Shown: piece by piece, positions 21,244 through 31,877 of the stretch
How positions within the stretch are numbered: position 1 is the first letter of the stretch
How the letters are laid out: the number at the start of each line of letters is the position of its first letter
Source of the DNA: Pseudomonas sp.
GTDB taxonomy: Bacteria; Pseudomonadota; Gammaproteobacteria; Pseudomonadales; Pseudomonadaceae
Direction of reading: 5' to 3'
DNA length: 46,823 nucleotides
NCBI GenBank assembly: GCA_035563915.1
Contig: DATMUG010000007.1
Coordinates: 1-46,823, forward strand
Program-made: the position numbers and the translations under genes
The notes under the pieces: generated by a model
The model's input: only the letters and a program-made list of their open reading frames with translations
Databases searched by the model: none
What the model was told of the DNA's origin: nothing

Positions 21244-21872
21244 CGCTCGATTTCCTCCAGTCCGGCCTTCTGCCAGTCCTTGAAGGCCGGCCATTGGTAG
21301 ATGGTTTCAACATAGGCCTCGTCGACAGCCGACAACTTGACCTGATAGGTACGCAGGCGCACGGCGATCGGGGCGAAAAACACGTCGGCCAGGGACAGGC
21401 GACCGAATAGATACGGTCCGGTTTCGGTGGCGGCGGCACGGCACTCGGCCCACAGGGCTGACATACGATCAACATCTGCCTGGACTTCGGCGGGAACCGA
21501 TGCCAATGGCGCGTCATGGCTCAGATCGAACGGCATATTGCCGCGCATGCCAAAGAATCCGCTGTGCATCTGCGCACAGGCCGAACGCGCCTGGGCGCGG
21601 GCCGCCGTGTCATTGGGCCACAGGCCTTTGTCGGGGAATTGCTCAGCCAGGTATTCGGCAATCGCCAGGGAGTCGGCGATGGTCCCATGCTCGGTCTTCA
21701 ACAGCGGAACTTTGCCGGTCGGCGAATGTTTGAGCAGGCGCTCGCGGGTATCGGGCTGGTTCAGCCTGATCAGTTCTTCGGTATAGGGGACACCGGCCAG
21801 GTCGAGGGCCAGGGCGCCGCGCAGGGACCAGGAGGAAAGCAGTTTGTCGCCGATGATCAGGTGCAGACTCAT
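21240..21872 (-). CDS. Glutathione S-transferase family protein (start at 21872)
   Basis: SSWSLRG, SPTGKVPLL, DSLAIAEYL, AQMHSGF, LFGRLSLADVFFAP. Confidence 0.9.
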   Translation of the reverse strand: MSLHLIIGDKLLSSWSLRGALALDLAGVPYTEELIRLNQPDTRERLLKHSPTGKVPLLKTEHGTIADSLAIAEYLAEQFPDKGLWPNDTAARAQARSACAQMHSGFFGMRGNMPFDLSHDAPLASVPAEVQADVDRMSALWAECRAAATETGPYLFGRLSLADVFFAPIAVRLRTYQVKLSAVDEAYVETIYQWPAFKDWQKAGLEEIER

Positions 21873-21930
21873 GTTTTGATGCCTTCTCGTCAGGGGAACA
21901 AGCCAGAATAGCTTGCGTCGGATCGTCCGC

Positions 21931-22020
21931 CATCGCGGGCAAGCCCGCTCCCACATTGATCCCGCCGTACACAAATTTGTGTCCACCGAAAATCCTGTGG
22001 GAGCGGGCTTGCCCGCGATG
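21931..22020. repeat. REP doublet/REPIN (GTGG family)
   Basis: CATCGCGGGCAAGCCCGCTCCCACA ... TGTGGGAGCGGGCTTGCCCGCGATG, a perfect inverted pair. Confidence 0.92.
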
Positions 22021-22035
22021 CTGCCGACGTAATTC

Positions 22036-23253
22036 TTAAGTACGGTACTCGGCGTTGATCTTCACGTACTCGTGGGACAGGTCAGTCGTCCAGATGGTTT
22101 CGCTGCAATCGCCGCGCCCCAGCTCGATACGGATAGTGATCTCTTCCTGCTGCATCACCGCCGCGCCCTGGGCTTCGGTGTAGGTGGCGGCACGCGCGCC
22201 ACGGCTGGCGATGCACACTTCGCCGAGAAACACGTCTATCTTGCTCACGTCCAGGTTCGGTACGCCAGCACGGCCAACGGCGGCCAGGATGCGACCCCAG
22301 TTCGGATCGGAAGCGAACAGCGCGGTCTTGATCAACGGCGAGTGGGCCACGGTGTAGCCGACGTCCAGACATTCCTGGTGATTGCCGCCGCCGTTGACTT
22401 CAACGGTCACGAACTTGGTGGCGCCTTCACCGTCACGAACGATGGCCTGTGCCACGTCCATGCACACTTCGAACACCGCTTGCTTGAGTTTGGCGAATAG
22501 CTCGCCTTCGGCACGGGTGATTTCCGGCAATGCCGCCTGACCGGTCGCGATCAGCATGCAACAGTCGTTGGTCGAGGTGTCGCCGTCGATGGTAATGCGG
22601 TTGAACGACTTGTTGGCACCGTCCAGCATCAGGTTTTGCAGAACGTCACGGGAGACTTTGGCATCGGTGGCAATGTAGCCGAGCATGGTGGCCATGTTCG
22701 GGCGAATCATGCCCGCGCCTTTACTGATACCGGTCACGGTGATGGTAACGCCGTCATGCTGGAACTGGCGGCTCGCACCTTTTGGCAGGGTATCGGTGGT
22801 CATGATGCCGGTGGCGGCCGCTTCCCAGTTGTTAACCGACAGGTCGTCGAGGGCGGCTTGCAAAGCGCCTTCGATCTTCTCGACCGGCAGCGGCTCGCCG
22901 ATCACACCGGTGGAGTACGGCAGCACCTGGCTGGCATCGACTCCGGTCAGCTCAGCCAGCTTGGCGCAGGTGCGCTCGGCGGCGGCCAGGCCCGGCTCAC
23001 CGGTACCGGCGTTGGCATTGCCGGTGTTGGTCAGCAGATAACGCACCGGGCCCTGCACGCGTTGCTTGGCCAGGATTACCGGAGCTGCGCAAAAGGCGTT
23101 CAGGGTGAACACGCCAGCGACTGTCGAACCCTCGACACAGCGCATGACCACGACATCCTTGCGCCCCGGGCGCTTGATACCGGCCGATGCGATACCGAGT
23201 TCAAAACCGGCAACCGGGTGCAACGTTGGCAAAGGACCAAGACCAACAGCCAT
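22036..23253 (-). CDS. argJ: Glutamate N-acetyltransferase/amino-acid acetyltransferase ArgJ
   Basis: [48 protein letters not shown]; GAGGAG RBS. Confidence 0.97.
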   Translation of the reverse strand: MAVGLGPLPTLHPVAGFELGIASAGIKRPGRKDVVVMRCVEGSTVAGVFTLNAFCAAPVILAKQRVQGPVRYLLTNTGNANAGTGEPGLAAAERTCAKLAELTGVDASQVLPYSTGVIGEPLPVEKIEGALQAALDDLSVNNWEAAATGIMTTDTLPKGASRQFQHDGVTITVTGISKGAGMIRPNMATMLGYIATDAKVSRDVLQNLMLDGANKSFNRITIDGDTSTNDCCMLIATGQAALPEITRAEGELFAKLKQAVFEVCMDVAQAIVRDGEGATKFVTVEVNGGGNHQECLDVGYTVAHSPLIKTALFASDPNWGRILAAVGRAGVPNLDVSKIDVFLGEVCIASRGARAATYTEAQGAAVMQQEEITIRIELGRGDCSETIWTTDLSHEYVKINAEYRT

Positions 23254-23324
23254 GAATGCGCTCCTCACTAGATGATGTCTGCACCGCTGCGCTCTTTTTT
23301 CAACTAGGCGGTGGTTTGAATGGT

Positions 23325-23357
23325 AAAACGCCGCGACGGCATGAGCCGGTCGCGGCG
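23325..23357 (-). terminator. Terminator-like hairpin after secA
   Basis: Minus strand CGCCGCGAC...GTCGCGGCG-TTTT. Confidence 0.6.
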
Positions 23358-23384
23358 CGGGTATTTCAGCGTATCAAACGGGTT

Positions 23385-26120
23385 TTATTGGATCTGCCCG
23401 TGGCAATGCTTGAACTTCTTGCCCGAACCGCAGTAGCACAGCTCGTTGCGGCCCAGCTTCTGCTCATTGCGAACCGGTGCGGCCGCGAGAGCTACATCAA
23501 CCTCTTCGCCGAGCAGCTCCGGTTGCTCCAGCCCAGGTGCTTCGTCGTGCTGGAACTGCATGCGCGCTGCCAGTGCTTCGGCTTCCTGACGCAGACGGGC
23601 TTCTTCTTCGGCCGGATCTTCGCGGCGTACCTGTACGTGGGACAACACGCGGATCGAGTCGCGCTTGATCGAATCCAGCAGCTCGGAGAACAGCGTGAAC
23701 GACTCGCGCTTGTACTCCTGCTTCGGGTTCTTCTGGGCATAGCCACGCAGATGGATACCGTGACGCAGGTGGTCCATGGTCGACAGGTGGTCTTTCCACA
23801 GGTCGTCCAGAACGCGCAGAACGATTTGCTTCTCGAAGGTGCGCAGCGCTTCGGCGCCCGCCTGATCTTCTTTCTCGTTGTACGCAGCCACCAGTTCCTG
23901 CATCAGCTTCTCGCGCAGGGTTTCTTCGTACAGGTGGTCGTCTTCGTCGAGCCACTGCTGGATCGGCAAGGCCACACCAAAGTCGCTCTGCAACGCGGCT
24001 TCCAGACCGGCCACGTCCCACTGTTCCGGCAGCGATTGCGGCGGAATGTGCGCGCTGACGGTCGCGTTGAGTACGTCCTGACGGAAGTCGGCAATGGTTT
24101 CACCGATATTGTCGGCAGCCAGCAACGTGTTACGCATGTGATAAATCACTTTACGCTGTTCGTTGTTGACGTCGTCGAACTCGAGCAATTGCTTACGGAT
24201 ATCGAAGTTGCGTCCTTCAACCTTGCGCTGCGCCTTTTCGATGGCGTTGGTCACCATGCGGTGCTCAATCGCTTCGCCAGGCTGCATGCCCAGGGCCTTC
24301 ATGAAATTCTTCACCCGGTCAGAGGCGAAGATGCGCATCAGACTGTCTTCCAGCGAAAGGTAGAAACGGCTGGAACCGGCGTCCCCCTGACGACCGGCAC
24401 GACCACGCAACTGGTTGTCGATACGGCGCGATTCGTGACGCTCGGAGGCGATCACCTGCAAACCACCCGATTCGAGCACTTGCTGGTGACGCTTCTGCCA
24501 ATCGGCCTTGATCTGCGCGATCTGCTCAGGGGTCGGGTTTTCCAGGGAGGCCACTTCCACTTCCCAGTTACCGCCCAACAGGATGTCGGTACCCCGACCG
24601 GCCATGTTGGTAGCAATGGTCAGCGCACCCGGGCGACCGGCCTGGGCGATGATCTCGGCTTCCTTTTCGTGGAACTTGGCGTTCAGGACCTTGTGTTCGA
24701 TGCCTTCCTTCACCAGAAGGCTGGACATGTGCTCGGAGGTTTCGATGGTGGCAGTACCCACCAGAACCGGACGACCGGCGGCCATGCTTTCCTTGATGTC
24801 GTTGACGATTGCTGCGTATTTCTCGTCAGCGGTCAGGAACACCAGGTCGTTGTAGTCCTTACGGGCCAACGGCTTGTTGGTCGGGATAACGATGACCGGC
24901 AGGCCGTAGATCTGATGGAATTCGAACGCTTCGGTGTCGGCTGTACCGGTCATGCCGGACAGTTTTTCGTACAGACGGAAGTAATTCTGGAAGGTGGTCG
25001 ATGCCAGGGTCTGGCTTTCGGCCTGGATGTTCAGGTGTTCCTTGGCTTCGATGGCCTGGTGCAGGCCTTCGGACAAGCGACGGCCCGGCATGGTACGGCC
25101 GGTGTGTTCGTCGACCAGGACAACCTGACCGTCCTGCACGATGTATTCAACGTTGCGATGGAACAGCTTGTGCGCGCGCAGACCGGCGTAAACGTGAGTC
25201 AACAGGCTCAGGTTGTGCGCCGAGTACAGGCTCTCGCCTTCAGCCAGCAGGCCCAGGCGGGTCAGCGACTCTTCGACGAACTGGTGACCGGCTTCGTTGA
25301 GTTCGACCTGGCGGGTCTTCTCGTCGACGGTGTAATGGCCAGCCTTGGTGACTTCGCCTTCCACTTCCTCGACGTGCAGTTCCAGCTGCGGGATCAGTTT
25401 GTTGATCTCCATGTACAGCTTGGAGCTGTCCTCGGCCTGACCGGAAATGATCAGCGGAGTACGGGCTTCGTCAATGAGGATGGAGTCGACTTCGTCGATC
25501 ACGGCAAAATTGAGTTCACGCTGGAATTTTTCTTCCATGCTGAACGCCATGTTGTCGCGAAGGTAATCGAAACCGAATTCGTTGTTGGTGCCGTAGGTAA
25601 TATCAGCGGCGTAAGCGGCACGCTTTTCTTCCGGAGGCTGGAAGGGCGTTACCACACCGACTGTCAGGCCGAGGAATTCGTAGAGTGGACGCATCCAGTT
25701 GGCGTCACGGCGAGCCAGGTAGTCGTTCACCGTGACCACGTGCACGCCCTTGCCGGACAGCGCGTTGAGGTAAACGCCCAGGGTTCCCACCAGGGTCTTG
25801 CCCTCACCGGTACGCATTTCGGCGATCTTGCCTTCATGCAAGGTCATGCCACCGATCAGCTGGACATCGAAGTGACGCATGCCCATGACACGCTTGCCGG
25901 CTTCACGAGCGACCGCGAAGGCCTCCGGCAGCAACTTGTCGAGGGTCTCCCCTTTGGCGATGCGGGCCTTGAACTCATCTGTCTTGGCACGCAATTGATC
26001 GTCCGAAAGGGCCACCATTTGCTCTTCGAAAGAATTGACGAGTTGCACCGTCTTGAGCATGCGCTTGACTTCACGCTCGTTCTTGCTTCCAAAAAGTTTC
26101 TTTAACAAAGGCGCAAACAT
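23385..26120 (-). CDS. secA: Preprotein translocase ATPase SecA (start at 26120)
   Basis: [49 protein letters not shown]-terminal [18 protein letters not shown]. Confidence 0.99.
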   Translation of the reverse strand: MFAPLLKKLFGSKNEREVKRMLKTVQLVNSFEEQMVALSDDQLRAKTDEFKARIAKGETLDKLLPEAFAVAREAGKRVMGMRHFDVQLIGGMTLHEGKIAEMRTGEGKTLVGTLGVYLNALSGKGVHVVTVNDYLARRDANWMRPLYEFLGLTVGVVTPFQPPEEKRAAYAADITYGTNNEFGFDYLRDNMAFSMEEKFQRELNFAVIDEVDSILIDEARTPLIISGQAEDSSKLYMEINKLIPQLELHVEEVEGEVTKAGHYTVDEKTRQVELNEAGHQFVEESLTRLGLLAEGESLYSAHNLSLLTHVYAGLRAHKLFHRNVEYIVQDGQVVLVDEHTGRTMPGRRLSEGLHQAIEAKEHLNIQAESQTLASTTFQNYFRLYEKLSGMTGTADTEAFEFHQIYGLPVIVIPTNKPLARKDYNDLVFLTADEKYAAIVNDIKESMAAGRPVLVGTATIETSEHMSSLLVKEGIEHKVLNAKFHEKEAEIIAQAGRPGALTIATNMAGRGTDILLGGNWEVEVASLENPTPEQIAQIKADWQKRHQQVLESGGLQVIASERHESRRIDNQLRGRAGRQGDAGSSRFYLSLEDSLMRIFASDRVKNFMKALGMQPGEAIEHRMVTNAIEKAQRKVEGRNFDIRKQLLEFDDVNNEQRKVIYHMRNTLLAADNIGETIADFRQDVLNATVSAHIPPQSLPEQWDVAGLEAALQSDFGVALPIQQWLDEDDHLYEETLREKLMQELVAAYNEKEDQAGAEALRTFEKQIVLRVLDDLWKDHLSTMDHLRHGIHLRGYAQKNPKQEYKRESFTLFSELLDSIKRDSIRVLSHVQVRREDPAEEEARLRQEAEALAARMQFQHDEAPGLEQPELLGEEVDVALAAAPVRNEQKLGRNELCYCGSGKKFKHCHGQIQ

Positions 26121-26429
26121 ATCGGCAGGATCTTCCACACTAAAGGGATGGAGGGCGGCCCCGTGAGCGTCGCCCGTGCAGCCCTCATGGCCGCATGCGA
26201 ACGAGCATTCTACCCGGAAACGATGGTGAGGAAAGTGGCGTTATTCCACGATGCTGGCACAGCGCTTTGACGGGGCTCACTTAAAATAGGGACAAATGGC
26301 TGAACTTCAAGCCATCAACGGCAGAAGTTATCTGTTGATTTAATGGGGAAAGCGCGCGCAAAGCAATGGGTCGGGTGCAACCGGCGCTTTCTGCTACCAT
26401 GGCGGCTCTGTTACTTCAGGTGTCTGATC

Positions 26430-26885
26430 ATGGCATTTCGCCCTCTCACGGCCAGAGCACCCGCCGTCCTGCTACGCGAAGCCAAACCGCTCAAAGCCAT
26501 ACTCGGTCATGCCCAACGCCTGGCTCATCTGCAACGATTGCTGGACAGCCAGCTACAACCCGCCGCCCGCGAACACTGTCATGTGGCGTCATGGCGTGAA
26601 GGCAGTTTGCTGTTGATCGTCACCGATGGTCATTGGGCCACCCGCCTTCGTTACCAGCAAAAACGCCTGCAAAGGCAGTTGCAGATGTTCGATGAGTTTT
26701 CCAGCCTCACGAGAATCCTGTTCAAGGTTCAGCCACCCACCGTTCATCGAGGCGCGGCCGGACATACCATCGATTTGTCCGTGGATGCGGCGGCGACCAT
26801 CCAGGCAACGGCCGATGGCATCAGCGATCCGAACCTGCGGGCGGCACTGGAGCGGTTGGCGGCACACGCCAGGCCCAAGGCCTGA
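26430..26885 (+). CDS. dciA: DciA/DUF721 helicase-loading protein (start at 26430)
   Basis: HCHVASWREGSLLL...WATRLRY...ILFKV, C-terminal DPNLRAALERLA; divergent from secA. Confidence 0.8.
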   Translation: MAFRPLTARAPAVLLREAKPLKAILGHAQRLAHLQRLLDSQLQPAAREHCHVASWREGSLLLIVTDGHWATRLRYQQKRLQRQLQMFDEFSSLTRILFKVQPPTVHRGAAGHTIDLSVDAAATIQATADGISDPNLRAALERLAAHARPKA

Positions 26886-26896
26886 CGCCAAACGAT

Positions 26897-26986
26897 TGTG
26901 GGAGCGTGCCTGTTCGCGAATAAGGTAAATCAGACAATCTATAGGTTGATTGACCGACCGCATTCGCGAGCAGGCTCGCTCCCACA
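26897..26986. repeat. REP doublet/REPIN (GTGG family variant, GTGG ends facing outward)
   Basis: TGTGGGAGCGTGCCTGTTCGCGAAT ... ATTCGCGAGCAGGCTCGCTCCCACA. Confidence 0.88.
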
Positions 26987-26997
26987 GTTCTCTTACG

Positions 26998-28485
26998 CTA
27001 TCGGCGTTTACTGCCGCCGAGTAGAGACCCCATCAACCCCCGCACCAACTGCCGCCCCAACTGATTCGCCGCCTGGCGCATCGCCGATTTCAGTGCCTGC
27101 CCCGCCGCTGTGCCGAGAAACTCCCCGGCCTGCTCGGTGAAACTTGGCTCCTGCTCCGCCGGTTTGCCAGGCGCGGCTTCAGCTTCTGGCGCCAGCCCCT
27201 TGCGCCCCATCAGCACTTCATAGGCCGACTCGCGATCGATCGGCTTGTCATAACGCCCCTGTAGCGGTGACCCGGCGATCAGCATCGTGCGCTCGGTGTC
27301 GGTAAGCGGCCCGATCCGCGATTGCGGCGGCGCCACCAGTACTCGCCGGACCATTTCCGGCGTGCCCTTTTCCTGCAAGGTGCCCACCAGGGCCTCACCA
27401 ATACCCAACTCAGTCAGTACCGACAGGGCATCGAACGCCGGATTCGGCCGGAAGCCGTCCGCCACCGCCCGCAAGGACTTCTGCTCTTTGGCAGTAAAAG
27501 CACGCAAGCCATGTTGGACACGCAGACCCAGTTGGGCCAGCACGTCGTCCGGCAAGTCACCCGGCGATTGGGTGACGAAATACACGCCCACGCCTTTCGA
27601 GCGGATCAGCCGCACCACTTGTTCCAGGCGATCCTGCAAGGCCTTGGGTGTGCCGGCAAACAACAAATGCGCTTCGTCGAAAAACAGCGCCAGCAGCGGC
27701 TTGTCCGCGTCGCCGCGTTCCGGCAATTGCTCAAACAGCTCGGCCAGCAGCCACAACAGAAAGGTCGCATAGACCTTCGGCGCTTCATGCACCAAACGAC
27801 TGGCATCGAGCAGGTGAATGCGCCCTCGCCCGTCGGCGGTCGGTTGCAGGATGTCCTCCAGTTGCAGCGCCGGCTCACCGAACAAAGCCTCGGCGCCTTG
27901 TTGCTCAAGGGTTGCCAGGCGCCGCAACAGTGCCTGGCTGGACCCGGTGGTCATCAGCGCCGCATCCTCTCCAAGCAACTGCGGGTGTTCCTTGAGGTGA
28001 TTGAGCAGCGCCTTGAGGTCCTTGAGATCAAGCAGTAACAGGCCTTCGCGGTCCGCGACCTTGAACGCGGCGTACAACGCCGATTGTTGGCTGTCGGTCA
28101 ATTCCAGCAGGCTGCCCAGCAGCAGCGGCCCCATTTCGCTCAATGTCGTGCGCAATGGATGACCGGACTGGCCGTGGATATCCCACAGCGTGACCGGATA
28201 CGCCGCCGGCTTGTGGTTCAGCCAGGGCATCCCGTCGATCCGCTCGGCGACTTTGCCCTGGGGGTTACCCGCGGCACCCAACCCGCACAAGTCACCTTTG
28301 ATATCCGCTGCGAACACCGCCACGCCCGCATCGCTGAAGGCTTCGGCCATCCGTTGCAAGGTGACCGTCTTGCCGGTACCGGTAGCCCCCGCGATCAGGC
28401 CGTGACGGTTGGCCAGGCGCATGGCCTGGGCGATCGGCTGACCCGAAGGATCGGCACCGATAACGAGCTGCGATGAATCGTGCAT
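26998..28485 (-). CDS. HerA-like P-loop ATPase (YjgR/DUF853 family; start at 28485)
   Basis: ANRHGLIAGATGTGKT Walker A, DIKGDL, FFDEAHLLF Walker B, RLIRSKGVGVYFVTQ, QHGLRAFT. Confidence 0.88.
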   Translation of the reverse strand: MHDSSQLVIGADPSGQPIAQAMRLANRHGLIAGATGTGKTVTLQRMAEAFSDAGVAVFAADIKGDLCGLGAAGNPQGKVAERIDGMPWLNHKPAAYPVTLWDIHGQSGHPLRTTLSEMGPLLLGSLLELTDSQQSALYAAFKVADREGLLLLDLKDLKALLNHLKEHPQLLGEDAALMTTGSSQALLRRLATLEQQGAEALFGEPALQLEDILQPTADGRGRIHLLDASRLVHEAPKVYATFLLWLLAELFEQLPERGDADKPLLALFFDEAHLLFAGTPKALQDRLEQVVRLIRSKGVGVYFVTQSPGDLPDDVLAQLGLRVQHGLRAFTAKEQKSLRAVADGFRPNPAFDALSVLTELGIGEALVGTLQEKGTPEMVRRVLVAPPQSRIGPLTDTERTMLIAGSPLQGRYDKPIDRESAYEVLMGRKGLAPEAEAAPGKPAEQEPSFTEQAGEFLGTAAGQALKSAMRQAANQLGRQLVRGLMGSLLGGSKRR

Positions 28486-28500
28486 TTTGCCACCTATGGT

Positions 28501-28527
28501 TAATCTTTCATCAAAAACGGCCGATAG
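28501..28527 (+). promoter_or_regulatory. Candidate FliA (sigma28) promoter of the chemoreceptor
   Basis: TAAT-N15-GCCGATAG versus consensus TAAA-N15-GCCGATAA, upstream of an MCP gene. Confidence 0.65.
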
Positions 28528-28654
28528 GGAAAATTGAGTGTTGGTCAACCGCTAGGGCGAGGACGGAATGACCAACGTGATCTCAATCGCGCCCACGATG
28601 CGTGCCTTTATATAAGTACACCGTGGGGATTAAGACCTTATCGGAAACCAAGCC

Positions 28655-30544
28655 ATGAATAGAAATATGCGCTTTAGCCATAAGATCCTGCTTGTCGCCG
28701 CCCTCATCGTCACTGTCGCCTTTGCCTCATTCACGTTGTACAACGACTATATGCAACGTAATGCCATCCGCAAGGACCTGGACAACTACCTGCAAGAAAT
28801 GGGCAGCGTGACCGCCAACAACATCCAGACCTGGCTGAACGGACGCAGCCTGTTGATTGAAAACCTTTCGCAAAACATCGCGCTCAACGCGCAAATGAGC
28901 CACATCACCCAACTGCTTGAACGCAATGCGATGGCGACCGCCTTCGTGGCTACTTTCCTGGGCGGCAGCGATGGCGCCTTTATCATCCGCCCGGACGTCA
29001 AGATGCCGGAGGGCTTTGATCCGCGCATCCGGGATTGGTACAAGAGCGCCCAAGGCACCAACGGCCCCGTATTGACAGAGCCCTACATTGATATCGGCAC
29101 CGGCAAACTGGTCGTATCCATCGTCCAGAGTGTGTTCGAGGAGGGTCAGTTCATTGGTGCGGTCGGTGGTGACCTGAGCCTGCAAATGATCACCGACAGC
29201 CTCAACGCACTGGACTTTGGCGGGATGGGTCACGCTTTCCTGGTCAGCGCGGACGGCAAGATTCTGGTGCATCCGGACAATACGCTGGCAATGAAGCCAC
29301 TGGCAGAGGCCTACCCAAAAGATACCCCGCGCATCAGCAGCGACTTGCGTGAAGTCGACGTCGATGGCAAAACCCGCATCGTCACCTTCACACCGATAAA
29401 GGGGTTGTCCTCAGTCAACTGGTACATCGGCCTGTCGGTCGATAGAGACAAAGCGTTCTCGATGCTCAGTCAATTTCGCGCTTCGGCTGTTATTGCGACC
29501 GTCATCGCCGTGGCCATCATCATCGCCCTGCTGGGGGTGTTGATCCGCCTTTTAATCCAGCCGCTGCATGCCATGACCCGTGCGATGGAAGACATTGCCG
29601 ACGGCGAAGGTGACCTGACCAAACGCCTGTCCATCCAGAACCGTGACGAATTCGGTCAGCTCGGTACTGCGTTCAACCGGTTCGTAGAGCGTATCCACGG
29701 TTCGATCCGGGAAGTGAGTTCGGCGACCGGGCAGGTAACCGAAGTAGCGTCGCGGGTGGTCAAGGCTTCGAATTCGTCAATGCTCAACTCCGATCAACAG
29801 GCCTCGCGCACCAGCAGTGTGGCGGCAGCCATCAATCAACTCGGCGCCGCCACCCAGGAAATCGCGCGCAATGCCGCGCAAGCCTCGCATCAGGCCAGCG
29901 ATGCCCGCAGCCTGGCCGAAGATGGCCAGCAGGTGGTGAATCGCAGCATTGTCGCGATGAATCAGCTGTCGAACCTTATCAGCACCTCAAGCACCCACAT
30001 CGAATCGCTCAACAGCAAAACCGTGAACATCGGGCAGATTCTAGAGGTGATCAAAAGCATCTCCGAGCAAACCAACCTACTGGCGCTCAACGCCGCCATT
30101 GAAGCGGCACGGGCGGGCGAAGCCGGGCGCGGGTTTGCCGTGGTCGCCGATGAAGTGCGCAATCTGGCTCACCGCACCCAGGAATCGGCGCAACAGGTGC
30201 AAACCATGATCGAGGAGTTGCAGGTAGGAGCCCGAGAATCTGTCAGCACCATGAGCGACAGCCAGCGCCACAGCCAGGACAGCGTGGAAATCGCCAACCT
30301 GGCCGGCGAACGCTTGAGCAGCGTGACCCGGCGCATCGGCGAAATCGACGGCATGAATCAATCCGTGGCCACGGCGACCGAGGAGCAGACGGCGGTGGTG
30401 GAGTCGATCAACGTCGACATCACCGAAATCAATACGTTGAACCAGGAAGGGGTGGAGAACCTGCAGTCGACATTGCGGGCCTGTGCCGATCTTGAGCAGC
30501 AGGCGGCGCGCCTTAAACAACTGGTAGGCAGTTTCCGTATCTAG
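28655..30544 (+). CDS. Methyl-accepting chemotaxis protein with dCache_1 amino-acid sensor (PctA/CtaA/McpG-like)
   Basis: Two TMs, RxWY...YID...GGD ligand motif, [35 protein letters not shown] signalling hairpin. Confidence 0.95.
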   Translation: MNRNMRFSHKILLVAALIVTVAFASFTLYNDYMQRNAIRKDLDNYLQEMGSVTANNIQTWLNGRSLLIENLSQNIALNAQMSHITQLLERNAMATAFVATFLGGSDGAFIIRPDVKMPEGFDPRIRDWYKSAQGTNGPVLTEPYIDIGTGKLVVSIVQSVFEEGQFIGAVGGDLSLQMITDSLNALDFGGMGHAFLVSADGKILVHPDNTLAMKPLAEAYPKDTPRISSDLREVDVDGKTRIVTFTPIKGLSSVNWYIGLSVDRDKAFSMLSQFRASAVIATVIAVAIIIALLGVLIRLLIQPLHAMTRAMEDIADGEGDLTKRLSIQNRDEFGQLGTAFNRFVERIHGSIREVSSATGQVTEVASRVVKASNSSMLNSDQQASRTSSVAAAINQLGAATQEIARNAAQASHQASDARSLAEDGQQVVNRSIVAMNQLSNLISTSSTHIESLNSKTVNIGQILEVIKSISEQTNLLALNAAIEAARAGEAGRGFAVVADEVRNLAHRTQESAQQVQTMIEELQVGARESVSTMSDSQRHSQDSVEIANLAGERLSSVTRRIGEIDGMNQSVATATEEQTAVVESINVDITEINTLNQEGVENLQSTLRACADLEQQAARLKQLVGSFRI

Positions 30545-30555
30545 TGTCAGGACCT

Positions 30556-30657
30556 GCCCCTTCGCGGGCAAGCCCCCTCCCACAGGTATAGGGTTTGGCC
30601 ACAAATTTTGTGAACAACGACCAATCACTGTGGGAGCGGGCTTGCCCGCGAAGGGGC
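30556..30657. repeat. REP doublet/REPIN (GTGG family)
   Basis: GCCCCTTCGCGGGCAAGCCCCCTCCCACAG ... CTGTGGGAGCGGGCTTGCCCGCGAAGGGGC. Confidence 0.92.
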
Positions 30658-30755
30658 CCGCACAGGCACCACATACCTGTCTGATACCCCACCACAGAAC
30701 CCCAACCGAACATCTATTCTTCAATAAGGTCAACCAAGGAGACCTGACCGGAGGG

Positions 30756-31877
30756 ATGTTCATCGTGCATATCGCTGACATAACCATGTTCTACGCCCCT
30801 GCCAGCGGTGGTGTGCGTACTTATCTGGATGCCAAACATCATCGCCTCTGCACAAGGCCGGGCACTCGTCACAGTTTGCTGATCCCGGGGGCTTACTTCA
30901 GCGAACAGGATGGCATCTACACCGTTCCGGCACCTGCGCTTCCCTTCGGTAAAGGTTATCGATTCCCTGTTCGACTCGCCCCCTGGCGAAATGTCCTGCA
31001 CGACTTGCAACCGGACCTGATCGAGGTCGGCGACCCGTACCTCACTGCCTGGGCAGCCCTGGATGCGCGGCGGCAACTGGATGTGCCAGTGATCGGCTTT
31101 TATCACTCCGACCTGCCACTGCTGGTCAGCAATCGCATGGGCCACTGGGTCACGCCCAATGTCGAGGCGTATGTCAGCAAGCTATACGGCAACTTCGACC
31201 GGGTACTGGCGCCCAGCCGGGTCATGGCGAACAAACTCAAGGGCCTGGGGGTCAGGAACGTTTTCGTGCAACCGTTGGGCGTCGACCTGCAAATATTTCA
31301 TCCCGATGCCCGCGACCCGGGTCTGCGTGCCGAACTGGGCCTGGACGACAATACCCATCTCCTGATCTTCGCCGGGCGCGGCTCCAAGGAAAAAAACCTG
31401 CCGGTCCTGCTCGACTGCATGAAGCGCCTCGGCCGGCGCTACCACTTGCTGTTGGTGGGTTCGTCGATGCCAACGACGGTGCCGGACAACGTGACCGTCT
31501 TCGACGATTTTCGCCCGGCTGCGCAAGTCGCCCGCCTGATGGCCAGTGCCGATGCCCTCGTTCATGCTGGCGACCAGGAAACCTTTGGTCTGGTGATTCT
31601 TGAAGCCATGGCCTGCGGCATCCCGGTGGTGGCCGTGGCCGCCGGCGCGTTCGAGGAAATCATCAACGATCGATGCGGCCTGCTGTGTACTCCAAACAGT
31701 CCGGTCGCCATGGCCAACGCCGTTCGCGAGCTGTTCAGTCGAGGCAGTGCAGCCCTCGGCCAACAAGCACGACGCCATGTCGAACAGCATTACGCCTGGG
31801 ATACCGTGGTCAACAGTTTGGTCGGCCACTATCACGCCGTGCTCGGCAGCCACTGGCCGCGAGTTGCCAATGGTTGA
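30756..31877 (+). CDS. gpgS: GT4 family glycosyltransferase, putative GlcNAc-lipid synthase (start at 30756)
   Basis: SGGVRTY, FYHSDLP, AGRGSKEKN, ETFGLVILEAMACGIPV (EX7E); GGAGG RBS. Symbol from recalled synteny with P. aeruginosa PA4311. Confidence 0.8.
   Translation: MFIVHIADITMFYAPASGGVRTYLDAKHHRLCTRPGTRHSLLIPGAYFSEQDGIYTVPAPALPFGKGYRFPVRLAPWRNVLHDLQPDLIEVGDPYLTAWAALDARRQLDVPVIGFYHSDLPLLVSNRMGHWVTPNVEAYVSKLYGNFDRVLAPSRVMANKLKGLGVRNVFVQPLGVDLQIFHPDARDPGLRAELGLDDNTHLLIFAGRGSKEKNLPVLLDCMKRLGRRYHLLLVGSSMPTTVPDNVTVFDDFRPAAQVARLMASADALVHAGDQETFGLVILEAMACGIPVVAVAAGAFEEIINDRCGLLCTPNSPVAMANAVRELFSRGSAALGQQARRHVEQHYAWDTVVNSLVGHYHAVLGSHWPRVANG

Noticed and set aside
21873-21986. N-terminal extensions in the ORF track (GST, glycosyltransferase from 30630, yebC, aspS, deacetylase, MoxR)
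   Set aside because: They run through REP elements or upstream genes; family N-termini and RBS or overlap positions point to later starts.
23256-26105. 949-aa plus-strand ORF antisense to secA, and similar long shadows opposite tolB, aspS, oprD, the kinase, sbcB and pyk
   Set aside because: They mirror highly biased GC-rich genes, have no recognisable motifs or RBS, and are expected codon-bias artefacts.
26998-28485. HerA-like ATPase as an anti-phage system (Sir2-HerA, NurA-HerA)
   Set aside because: There is no partner nuclease or sirtuin, the context is core genome with typical codon usage, and the motifs match the YjgR/DUF853 family.
20186-30657. REP copies as CRISPR repeats or IS ends
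   Set aside because: They are dispersed inverted doublets rather than direct-repeat arrays, and there are no cas or transposase genes.
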